DNA of 64,000 nt from assembly GCA_028534125.1 (NCBI GenBank), contig CM052831.1, positions 930,001-994,000 of the forward strand, written 5' to 3'. Positions within the stretch are counted from its first letter, which is position 1. Each line of letters opens with the position of its first letter. Positions 20,301 to 32,300 of the stretch are shown one piece after another. This DNA comes from Lama glama (lineage: Eukaryota). A program made the translations under genes and the position numbers. Below the pieces are notes generated by a model. It was given only the letters and a program-made list of their open reading frames with translations, did not search any database and was not told the origin of the DNA.

Positions 20301-23300
20301 TTTTTTGAGGGCTTAAGACCTAAATCCAGCAAAAGTTCTTATGGGGGAGGGCTGTGTCCTGGGCCCCCAGGCAGGAGACAGACAGGGCTCTCCCTCCAGG
20401 CCCAGAGCACTGATCAGCAGCCTGAGCTCATTCAGAACCAAAGACCAAAAAGTTGGTCCCCAAAGACGACGTAATGTGTGATTTCATCTCCAAGACATTC
20501 TTAAAATGACATCTTGGAGAAATGGAGGCCAGGTTAGTGGCTGTCAGGCCTGGTGGGGGAGGTAGGAAGAAAGGGGGTGCAGCTGTAAGATGGCAACACA
20601 GGGGTCTCTGTGGGGACGGCCTGCCTGATCCACGTCGGTGTCCTGGCGCTGTGACCCTGTGGTCTTGCAGGATGTGGCTGTCGGGAGTGGGGGGGAGAGG
20701 CACCAGGATCCCCGCTTTACTTCCTTTACTTCCCGCAGCGCGGGAATCGGTGACCTCAGAACCAGGTCTGGTTAGAAACACAGCAACAACTTGGCCTGTA
20801 GCATCTCTCTCGCAGCTCGGCCCCCCACTTCTGGAGCACAGCCGGGGACGTGTCAGCCGAGGCTGCGGACCCCAGGCCACGCGAGACCATCTTTGCTCCA
20901 GATGACCAACCTCCAGGGGGGCGTCCACTGGCTGAGACCTGAAGTCTTCCTTCTTGGGAAGGGGGTCACCCAGCCCTGACATCTTGCCCAAGAGGACGCC
21001 GGGAGGCTCAACCAGATTCTGGCCCACAGCGAAGGTGAACGTGACCCAGGGGGGTGAGGGGAGGCGCTGGGGGCCCTGGGCTTCAAGGTCCCGGCAGGAA
21101 GGCCCCTCCCATGTGTCCTGGTCTCCGGCACCTGCGCCGCCAGGGGCCCTGGCAGGGTTCAGCCAGGCTGAACTCCACGGCCAGGAACAAGCCAAGGGCC
21201 GCGTCTGCCTTTTGAAGAAACTCTGTCCTAGAGCACAGTGAGTGAAGCGGCAATCCGCAGCTGAGCGTCTTCTGACACTTCTGGTTGAGCAAAATCTACA
21301 CGTCACCCCCACAGCCAACCTCCTGGCCTGCCCTGAAACCCCCGCCCCCGGTGGGCTGAAAGCTGGCTTTGACTCAGAACAGCACTACAAGTGCCGACTC
21401 CGAGCCCCAGCTCTGCGCTTAGCGCGCCACGTGTCCTTGCCTGCTCAACCTCTGCAGGAACCCTGTGCAGGGACGATTTTTTTTTAAAGGGATGATTATT
21501 ATTAATCCCATTTTACACATGAGGAGACTGAGGCTCAGAGAAGTCAGGCCACTCACCCAAAGTCACACAGCAAGTAAGGGGTGGAGCCAGGATAAGAACC
21601 AGGCAGTGTGTTCGGGCCCCCAGTCAGCATCCTCAGCCCCCCACTTCCCACGCTGTGCTACCTGTCCAGAGAGGCCTGTGGGCTTAGTCGGCCAGGAGGT
21701 GGGGGGTGGCAGGGAACTAGCAAACCTCAGAAAAGACAGGGATGCGTCTCTGGAGAGGAGCAGAAACATCTGGGCCCCGGAGGCCCCCACCCCTCTCAGC
21801 CTGCCAAAGGGACGAGGGGCCCTTCTTGAGCACAAGCAAGGGCCCTGCCTGCGTGACACTTCCTGCTTCACAGAGCAGCCCAGCCCCGAGTTTCCCTCAG
21901 GTACCTGCCCCACAGACATGTCTACAGCTGGTCTTCCTGCCCCACTTCCCTCCCAGCCCTCCCTCTTCCTAGAGGAGCCTCACCTCCACCCCCTACCTGT
22001 ACTTTAGAGCCCATCCTGGATTCCCACCTCCTTCCTCTACTGTTTAGATCTCTCTTAATTCATCCATTTTCACCACAGGGACATCAGAGCCTTCTCCAGC
22101 ATACTGCAAAAAAACACAACAATCCTACCCGTGTAATCTCTGAACCCTAAACCCCATAGGAACTCTAGGATAAGCCAGTGGGTCTTTGCTGAGACCCATC
22201 CTCACGTCACACCTTTGCCTTAAACGGCAGGAAACGCGATTTGGCATGGACAGAGATGAATGAGAGAAAACCTCTCCTCTGGCCTTTCCCACCAAGCCCT
22301 CTGCCTGCCTCTTCATCCTTGTAACAGATCCACTGATGTGACCCTGGAAGGTGGCCTCTGGCCGGAAGCGGGAATGCCACTGAGTCTGTTGACCTGATGT
22401 GCCGCCTGCAGGCTGGCGGAGGGGAGAGGAGGGCTCTGCCTGACTTTGCAGAAAGTCTCCCCGAGTCGGGGAGCAAAAACCCTGTTCACCAAAAGGCCCG
22501 CGTTCCCCTCCAGCCCCAGAGCAGGTGCCACCTGGGGTTGGAAGTCCTGAGGTAGACAAGAGCCATCAGAAATAAGGGCCTGCAGGTCCATTCTTGATCC
22601 AGAGGATTAATCGGGATTAGCCTACACGTATGAACTGCCACTGACCCCAGGGCACGCGAGTCACTGGACACCCTTCCCCAGGCACTGCTTTTTGCTGAGA
22701 AGTCTGAGCTCCTGGAGATCGTCTGCTCTGTGAGTCACGAGCAGGGCCGGCAGGTCAGGCCCTGGGCCTGTGGGTGCAAGTGGTTCGCACAAACCCACCA
22801 CAGGGCGCCCAGGACTCCTTCTGAACCAGAAATGATACAGAAGGCCGCCCGCACGTGCACCTTGGGAGTGCAGGTCACTGCAGTGTGGTCCTGGACCCAG
22901 CCCCTGAGTGCCCACTGAGGGAAGGGAAAAAGCAGGCCCGTGCTCTCCACCTAGCCACGGCCACCTGTTACAACAAGAGAAACAGGAAACAATCACTGGG
23001 GGCCTGCAGGCCCGCTTTCACAACTGCTGTTCACAAAACAGCAAGATCACATTCCTCGCCACCTAGAGGAAATGGGAACATGGACCAGGGGTGACAGGTC
23101 ACGAGCAGGGGGGTCGAGAACCACTGCTACCTTCCACACGTGACGACGGGACAGGCTGCGTCCGGAGGTCCTCATTCCGGCTCCTTCCTCTTGGGCAGCG
23201 CATGCCCAAGTACGATCACGGGATCTGCACCCGTCTTACTTTCCGAAGTTTCAGCCGAAACAAAGCGTCTGCTTTATGACATTGGATCTGGCAACAATTT

Positions 23301-26300
23301 CTTGACTATGACACCAAAAGCACAGGCACCAAAAGAAAAAATAGATAAACTGGACTACATGTCCATCAAAGACCCCCTGCCACAGAATGAGAGAAAACAT
23401 CTGCAAATCATCTATCTGTGTGTGGGGGGTTACTACCCAGAATATGCAAAGAACTACAACCACCAAACCAACTTGATCAGACGACGGACAAGGTACTTGA
23501 ATAGACATTTCTCCAAAGACATACAAATGGCCGAGAAAGCAGGTGGGAAGAAGCTCAACACCACTGACCATTAGAGAGACGCAAATAAAAACGGCCTGGC
23601 AACCCCACTTCGGGTGTAAACCCTAAAGAACTGAAAGCAGGGTTCTGAAGAGAATATTTGCAGACCCATGTTCACAGCAGCATTATTCACAGTAGCCAAG
23701 AAGGGGAAGCAACCCAGGTGCCCACTGACAGACAAATGGATAAACCAGACATGGCCTATACTTACAATGGAGTAGCATCCAGCCTTACAAAGGAAGGGGA
23801 TCCTGACACCTGCTGCACCACGGACGAGCCCGAGGACGTGATGCTCAGTGACCGAGCCGTCACAGGGCAGGGAGGCCCTGGGCAGTCACACCCACAGGAC
23901 GGGGGGCGGGGGGCACCAGGGAGGCGGTGGGGGTGGGAAGAGTTACAGCCAAGGAAGATGAGAGAGTTCTGGAGACGGCGGTGGAGGCAGCCGAACAGTG
24001 TGCCGGCACTTAATGCCCCTGAACCGCACACCTAGAGCTAGTGGAAACGGAAATTTCACACTCTGTATCTCTTACCACAACACATTTTAAAGGATTGAAA
24101 ACACACCCTATTCTGACATTTCCTATTTGAGCGCAAATACAGAGTGTGGCTGAGTGTTTCCCGCTGGTGAACCCTGGGGAGGAGGAGGTGGGTGCCGTCC
24201 TACTGGGTCAGCTTTCCTGTCGATTTGAAAATTACTGGAATTAAAAATTGGAGAGAAAGTTGGCTGACTTGGACCACCCCTTTCCCTGCAGCCTCGGTTC
24301 TCACGTTCTTTACTTTGACCCCCTTGCCATTAGGAGCCACACATGCCCTGGGCAGGCTTGGGGCAGGAAGACCCCTGTGACCAGCATCCTGTCTGGGGCT
24401 TGTGTCTGGCTTGCCCAGCATCCCAAACCCTGGCGAGTGGGTTGCGTCGGATCCACGTGTAAACCGGGGTTTGGTCCACAGCTCCTGGCCTGCAGCGAGG
24501 TGACAGATGTAACTCTGGGAGGCCTTGCGGGCTCTGCCCCTGTGTGCGCCTGGCCAAGAGCAGCTGCTTTCTTGCTGGACCATGTGAAGGTGCCAAGGGA
24601 GAAGGTCAGCTGGGCCTGCAGGGCCGGGGCGGGGGGCCTCATTTTGTCTTGGGTCTGGCTGGCAACTGGAACAATCTGACATTCTCTCTACAGAGTCCCT
24701 GGCCTTTCTAATGCCATGAAAGTTGCTGGCGTCAGGGACAGACTCTGTGCTCAGAGCTGTTTCTGCCAGAGTTGGTGGTGGGAGGGGGACTGGGAACAGG
24801 AAACACGAGCCCCGTGTGCAGGGCACTGGACCAAGGTGGACGGTTTACATACGTGCCCAGCACCAGCAGCCGCCCACATGTGGAACCACACATGCTGGGA
24901 GAGCTTCTAATGGCTCGTTATTTTTTAAGGCGTTGGTAAATTATCAGCTGCCTGAAATAGACAAGTCTTCTGCGGGGATACGGGCTGTTGAGTGACGGCG
25001 AGGCACCCTGGGAAGTAATCACCAGTCCTCCGAGGGCCTCTGTGGGAGGCCCTGTCCTGGGGACAGCGTGGGAGGCTGGGCCTATCTTTAGCTGTGGTTA
25101 CAATTAGTCAGAAGCCTCAGGCCGGGCCTTCCAAGACCCAGCAGGAGCCTCCCAAGGGCCACAGGGAGACGTGGGCAGAAGATGGGCAGGGAGCAGGGGG
25201 CCTGACCCCTGGTGCCGGGCACAAGGGAAATACTGGGTGGGGGTCTGGAGCAGCACCCACCTACAGAAGTGCAGGGAAGCAGAGGTGGCCCGCCTCCCAG
25301 CACTCCGGGTGCCCAGAACGCACCATATGGATGGCTGGTGTGAATATAAACCAGCCAGGCAGCCAGGATGTGCCTGGAGGGCGTCCCAGCACAGCCACAG
25401 AGAACAGGGGCTTGGTTCCAGAAAACATACTGCCCTAGTCTGTAACAGTGGCTCTCCCAGCAGACGACCTGACACAAGCCCGAAGACAGATCCGGGAGGG
25501 AAAGCAGGGAGCCTGCTCGTCACCAACGGGATAAGTTACCACAGTCTGCGGGCACCACGGTCCTCAGCAACACCCCCCGCCCCTCCCCCCACGGGCCCTG
25601 GCTGGAGAACCGTCTAGAACACTCAAGGCTTTTCAGAGTGGGAGGGATGCATCGTCTGGTGTTGAGGATGGAATGGCGAACACGCCAGGACGCCAGCGTT
25701 CTGACCGGTACCCTGAATGTGTCAACAAGCATAAAAATGCTGACTAGCAAGTTACTTGTCCCCAAGGTTTTAGTGCAGGAGCAGTTTAGTGGCAAGGCCT
25801 GGAGAGAGACCTGGGCTCAAATCCTTACTTAGTAGCTGTGTGTCCTCGGGTAAATCACTTGCCCTCTTTGGCCCAAATCTCCGCAAATGTAAATACTGGT
25901 AATGAGACTGACCTCCGGGAGCTGAGGCAGGATGGAGGGCTGCCACAGTGTGCGCTGGGTGGTGGTGAGAACATGCCAGGCACTTCTGCCTGGACTCCTA
26001 TGCGCCCTGAGGGCTCGCGGCCAGGAAGTGGTGCCAGTGAGGGGGTTGCAGCACACCCCAAACAGAGGGCAGAGCCGGCCTGCTGCCCCACTCCCAGTCT
26101 TCCCTGCTCCCGTGCCCCAGCCTGCGCCCCTCCCTCCCTCCCTCTGTCCTATCCCAGCAGGCTTGTTAGGCAAACGTTTCTTCTCTTCTGAGGCTGCCAT
26201 CACTGCAGGCTCTCAGGGGACGCATCTTTGCTGAAGATGTGCCTTTTCTGAACACATTTTCCCCCTCGGCATTGCTATTTTTAACGCTCAGCAGAATGCT

Positions 26301-29300
26301 GAAAGGGCGACTGAGCCTGACAACAGGCAAGGGGCTAGTTCTCTGCTGAGGATCTGATCCGCCAGCACTGGTCATTCCCACTGCAGCCCAGCCTCCGGGC
26401 CGAACAGCCTCCTGCCTGCCTCCGCGTCTTCCCTGCAGGGAAGTTATCAGTGCTGACCTGACCTGTCAGGAACCCGATACACGATGGTGTGAGACCCAGG
26501 ACGGGATGGGGCCAAGCAGGGAGGGGGGCCTGCAAGCTGCAGGTTCACCCAGACTCCTGTGGTTTTATAAGGCCTTCAGTGAAATTTTGCATTATTTTGA
26601 AAAGAACATGAAAAGCTCTGAAATTTGCTACTTTCAAATAAAGACGGTTTGGAATCATCTCATAATCCTCTTTTTTTCCTTCCTCTCTGCCAGTGAACTT
26701 CCAGGGGGCAGGCGAACTCCTCGGGCCTGCTCCTGGATGTCCCTCTCAGAGGCTCCCAGGGAGACCCCCACCCCCCAGCACAGCTGCTTCCAAGACCATA
26801 GGTGGGACGAGACCCACACTCAAGCCAGAGCCGTGATCCCGCTGCGGCGGCTGGAGGAGGCCCTGTCCACATGACCGCCCCCAGCGCCAGGTGATCCTGC
26901 ACCACCCCGGCCGCGGGAACCAGAACCTACACATCAGGAGGAAGAGCTTCACCTGTAAACACCAGCTGGAAGGAGGCGCCCAAGCAGGACTTTTCCAACA
27001 AGGGCTTCAGATCCCAGCTCTGCCCCGACTGGTTGTGCAACCTTGGACAAGCTATTGAACCTCCGAGCCGCAGTTTCCTCATCTGTGAAATGGGGTTAAG
27101 TCATCCTCACCCATGCCAGGATTAAACCAAACAGTATACATGTGGTCTTTCTGAGTCCTCACGTTGCATCTTTTCACCATACAGATCTGCCTTTTGGGGT
27201 GAAAATCTTTTTTTCTTTACTCAAATACTCTTGACCCTGGTCGGTCAAATCTGGCCCCAAGGTGTGGGTTTGGGAGACACTGTGTTTTTTAAATTAGATG
27301 AAGAATCAAACGGAATGTGGATGACTTGGGCACACTGGCTACCCTCTGGTTCCCCTCCGGCCCCACAACTCCTCAGAGCCCCACACGAGCCAGATTCACA
27401 AGCAGCTGGCCCTTGGAGGCCTGGGAGTTTTGACCCCTGGTTGTAAATGTTTCTCCTTACACAGTGGGGATGGGTTCCCCTTAAGCAGCCTGCTCTCCAC
27501 GTGGCTCAGGGGCCAGGAGTCCAAATTCTATCTAGAAGCCAGAGTTTGACTGCTCAAGCCCTAGGGGAGCGGGGAGCCCACTGGGATGCCCAGCACCCGC
27601 TCCACTTCCCAGGGTCTGCAGGGAGCCAGTGGCTCTGTGATTCCTGGCTCCCAAGGCAACATGGGATGAAGGCAGGACAGGGCAGTTGCTTCCTTAACCC
27701 AAGGAGAACTGAAGGATGGCTGCCTATCTGCGGCCGGAAGCCCATGGCGGTGGGGTGGGTCGCCCCTCAACAGAGCAGGCCAGGGACCCACCCATCTCCA
27801 CTCTCAGGCTAGTCCCACCAGCAGGTGACCCCAGGCTTGTGTCCTGAGGAGCCTGGGTCTGCTCACCTGCAACCCAGGGCAGCCACGAGTGGATGAGGAC
27901 GCGACACTAGCCTGGTACAGAGCATGAGGGTCCCACCACTCAAGGGGAGGTGGGTTGGTTCACTGAGTGGCACCTTAACAGACCGACCCCCAGCCACTGG
28001 GGCCTCGGACTCTGTGTGACCCCAGTGCCTCAGGCACACGAGGTCTGTGCCGACCCTGGTGCCTGGTCCCAGAGGCAGAGATGGACGGTGGCACACCCCC
28101 AGTGTGTCTCTCTCAAGGCTACCTTGCCCTGCTTTCTGGCATCTTGGGGCTGGTTTGCTCTTACAGAGGACTGTGGATCCTGGGAGAGGGGGCTGGGGGG
28201 GTTGGTGAGGTGCCTCGTGATCTGACCTCAGCTCACCCTCTACCCTGCGGTCAAACTGAATCACTGGCTGTCCTGCAAATGGGCTCTCCGTGCCAGGGTC
28301 TTCACCCATGCTGTTTCCTCCACCGGGAACCCTCTTCCTCTCACCCTCTCCAGCTCCTAAGCCCTGGACATACGGCGTTAGCCTGGCCTGAACCCATTCT
28401 TCTGTCCTCTGCTGCCCTATCCCAATACCTCCCCCACCTCCATACTTCCCCCCCCCCTCCAGAACTGCCCTTCTCTGCTCTCAGGCCATGAGGTTGGGTA
28501 GAGCTGACACTGCCCCCTTTCCTGGATGAATACCCAGGCTTGGACCATCAGCCTTGAGGCTTCTTGGGAATGAGGCCAAACTAGGGGATGGGAGAGGTGG
28601 GGAGAGACAGATGGTGAACAGGACTCTGAACCCCTGGGTCCAGCCATGCCTGAAGCCCTTCGTTACACACTCACCAACAAATCCCTCTTTTTGTTTAAAT
28701 CGCCTTGACTTGGGTTTCTGCCACCTACAACCAAAGGAACTGTGGCTGATACACACGAGCCTCATCTGGTCAGCTCCTCTGCACACCCGGGCACCGCTCA
28801 GGCAGCACCACCCGGCCCTTCTCACCCAATCCTGAAGCCACATCTGTGTGTCCTCATCACTGCGCAGGGCCTCGGCAGAATGGTGGTAAAAGTCCGTGGC
28901 AGAGATGATCCCCAATTTCCCATGCAGGCTACTGCCTTCACTCAGTCATCAGCCCCCAACTGCTCACGTTTTCAGAAAGACTCACCTCTGCCTTATTTCG
29001 CGAGAGCATGCTGGAGTCGATCGGGCCCAGGGACATGTTTGGCAGGACAAGGTTGAGAACTTTCGCAGCAAGGACCTAGGTGGGAGGGGAGACGAGGTGA
29101 GTGCGATGGGACCCCGCTCAGCTCTGCCCACGGGGCAGCTTACAGTCGATTAAGGAGGATGACGCCTGGACGGACACTGGCCAGGCTTGTTCCCGGGCTG
29201 GGCAGCCAAGGACTCTCCCGCTCTGACAGACAGCTCCCTGGCCTGGCTCCCTCCACTGCTGGTGAGCCAGGCGGGAGGCAGCTGCCCTGGGGCCGCGGAC

Positions 29301-32300
29301 TCCACACCTATTTTTTGCAGCTCCCGATTCCATGTTGGCCCCCCACCCCCACAATCACACGTGGGTTGTGATTCTGAATTATTGCAGGAGCCACTTAGCT
29401 GAGTGCTTGTGCACAAGCCGCTTCTCAGAGGATTCTCAAAAGACAGCAGGAGCAGAAGCACCCAGGCACCTGAGGGGGAGGCAGGACCTGCCCTGATCAG
29501 GAAGAATTTGTGATCGTCTGGGGAAGCAGAAACCGTCACCAGGCTGATTAGGTGTGGGGCAGAGGGAGAGGCCCATCTGGGTCCTGGCTGGGCTGCCCCA
29601 GGCACAGGGACACAGATCTGGACCCCACTGGGCCTGTTCCCTCAGCTGCCAACAGGACCACTGTGTCCAAAGGTACCGATACACAGTAGTGCTTAATATC
29701 CGCTCCTTGAACGTGACCCTGATCAGGTGCAGACCCTCCCACCCGCTCCTCCTGCTGATCTGGTGTTTACCCAGGAAAAGCGTGAACCTGATCTCACACT
29801 TGCGCCTGCAGAGGGGTCTGTTCTGTTTCTGTGCTGTGCAGACACCCGGGATGAAAGATGCTATTTCAAACACGAGCTGCGAAAGGCTGAAATTAGAATC
29901 ACATGGAAGGTGTCGAGCAGTGGACTCTCGGTCTGTGCCGAGGGCGTATCACAGAGCTGAGAACTGCTGTCCCCTCAGCCCCTTGCCACATCGACCCAGG
30001 AACAACCTTGGGTATGCTGGGCACAGTCCTAGGTGCCCAGTCTCCTGACCTTGACACAAACGCCATGCAGTGAGGTTCTATCCTCACTCAACAGACGAGA
30101 GAACAGGCTCCCGGTGACGGCGGCGGCTGGCTGAGGGCAGAGTTCTGGGATGAAGCCACTCTCTCCCTTCGTGCCATCAGCCTCTGTTAACCCTCTTCTC
30201 CCTACAAATGTGACTGAGAGCCGAACCTCGCCTGAGGACAATCAAAACCAGCAGCCCCAGGTGTCCCCCCTGGCGACATCACTGCTGCACCCCAGCCCCT
30301 TTACCACGTCCTCTCACGTCTGCCGGCACATGCCTGATGCGACCCCCCATCACAGCTGGTTCTCAGATGGCCGAGTATCCGGCGGGCTTTGTTCCTAAAA
30401 GAACACTAGGGTGTGAATCTGTCCTGAGACCCACGTGGTTCAAGGATGGCACCCTGGCCAGCAAGACCACTGCAGCTCACTGCACCCAAGCTCAGCGTCC
30501 AGACCAGCAAACCTCACGTGTCCACGGATGTGCCTGGCACTCTGCCAACACAGCGTAGAAGCCTGTGGCACCCCAGCTTGGAACTCTGTGCTAGGGCCGG
30601 GCTGTGATCTGCTGGCAGGTTCAGGACTCAAGGTGGGGTGTGGGCAGCTCCACGGGCAAGCTCGAGCCTGGAGGGCTGGGGATTCCGGGAGTTCTATGGA
30701 AGAAGAGGATCTGGGTGTTTCCAAACACAGAGCAAAGGTCTGGGAACTCCAGGATCTGGGGGCTCCTCTGGGAACCTAATTCAGGAGTTGGGAGCTGTGC
30801 GTCCAAAGGGTAAAAATGCATAAACAACAAGGAAGCACAGGTAAGAAGCGCTCTGCGCTGCAGAGAGGCCATGGACCCAGGGCCCGGCCCCACCAGCCTC
30901 GCTGCCGCCACGGCAGGCTTGCAGGGCTTGTCCCCTCCAACGAGAGGCCCAAGGGCTAAGTTGTCAGGGAACCCCGATGCGGCTCAACTTCGCAGAGCCT
31001 ACCCCCAGCACCCTGCTGCTCTCCCGAAGGTCATGGGGGCTATCGGCTGACTCCGCCTGCCACCCTGCCATGCCCAGGGACCGCGGGATGCCGCGCATGA
31101 TGAAACAGACCACGCGGCCCAGCCTGGCCCGTCTGCTGGCCTCGCCCAGCACGGCGCCCCGAAGGACACAGCTGTTTTCAGCAAGCAGCTTTCTATCCGC
31201 TCACTATTAGAGGCTGACAGCCAGGAAGAGGCCCAGGGACACACCGCTAGGGCCCTCACCCCACTGCCAATGTGAGGGACAGAGACCACATGGCACCCAC
31301 GCCATTTCTCACAAGTCTGCCACTAACAAGGTATGTTCCACTGCCCACATCACCAATTCTGCGTGGACCTGGGCACAGCCACCAGCCACCTGTGAAGGGC
31401 CAGACTTACTTTCACCCTTGCGTCTCTGCTCCTACCACAGGTACCTCTTAACCAAAACACTCACACCCCAAATTGCCAAGGCATCTGCATTTTTGCTAAG
31501 CTTCCCAGGTGATTCCAAGATGCAGCTGGGGTAGAGGGCGTGTCTCTGACCCCCACAGGTTGGGACCAGGGACACAAACACATGACGTGCGAGCCGCCCT
31601 TTTGCAGGAGCCACAGGGAGAGATGTTTGCACCACTCTGACCTTCAGCTCTTTTTCTAAACTAGCACAGTAAGTTCCAACTACCTTTCTAACAAGATTCT
31701 CAACTGGGTAGAGGTAAACCTTTGATGACAATAATGTCACAGCAAAAGAAAAAAGATAAGGTGCTTCTTATCCTCTTCCCCACCAAGCCCAGGAAAGGGA
31801 AAGAGCCGTCACATGGGGACGGGCTCTCTGAGCGGCTGCTCAAGATACTCGCTTTCCCTGCTGCGCTTCAGAGTTTATTCCTTCAGCCCAATGAAGTAAA
31901 CTGATGGCTAATGAAGGAGAAGAAAGAACTAAGCAGACGGGGTGGGCTGACTGTGGCGACAAAGGAAGATGAGGTGGAGGAGGGTCCTGAGGTCATGCAG
32001 TGAGGAAGCAGCGGGCCGGAGAGAGCTAGGCACGCCCTACACCAGAAAGATCAATCTGTCCAGGCTGCCCGACACCACCTTCCCCGGCCTCCTTCAACTG
32101 CCAGGGCCCCACACCTAATTCCACAGGGAGACAGAAGCGGCAGAGGTGTGAGGGGACGTGGCTCACCCAAAAACGACGTGGAATCCGAGATATTACGGTT
32201 CTTGATGTCATTTCGACCAAGTGTCCCAAACTCTTCAGACAGCCCTGTGAGAGCGTGGAAAGAGCCCCAGATCCAGCTCAGGAGAGGGGCGACCCTGGAT

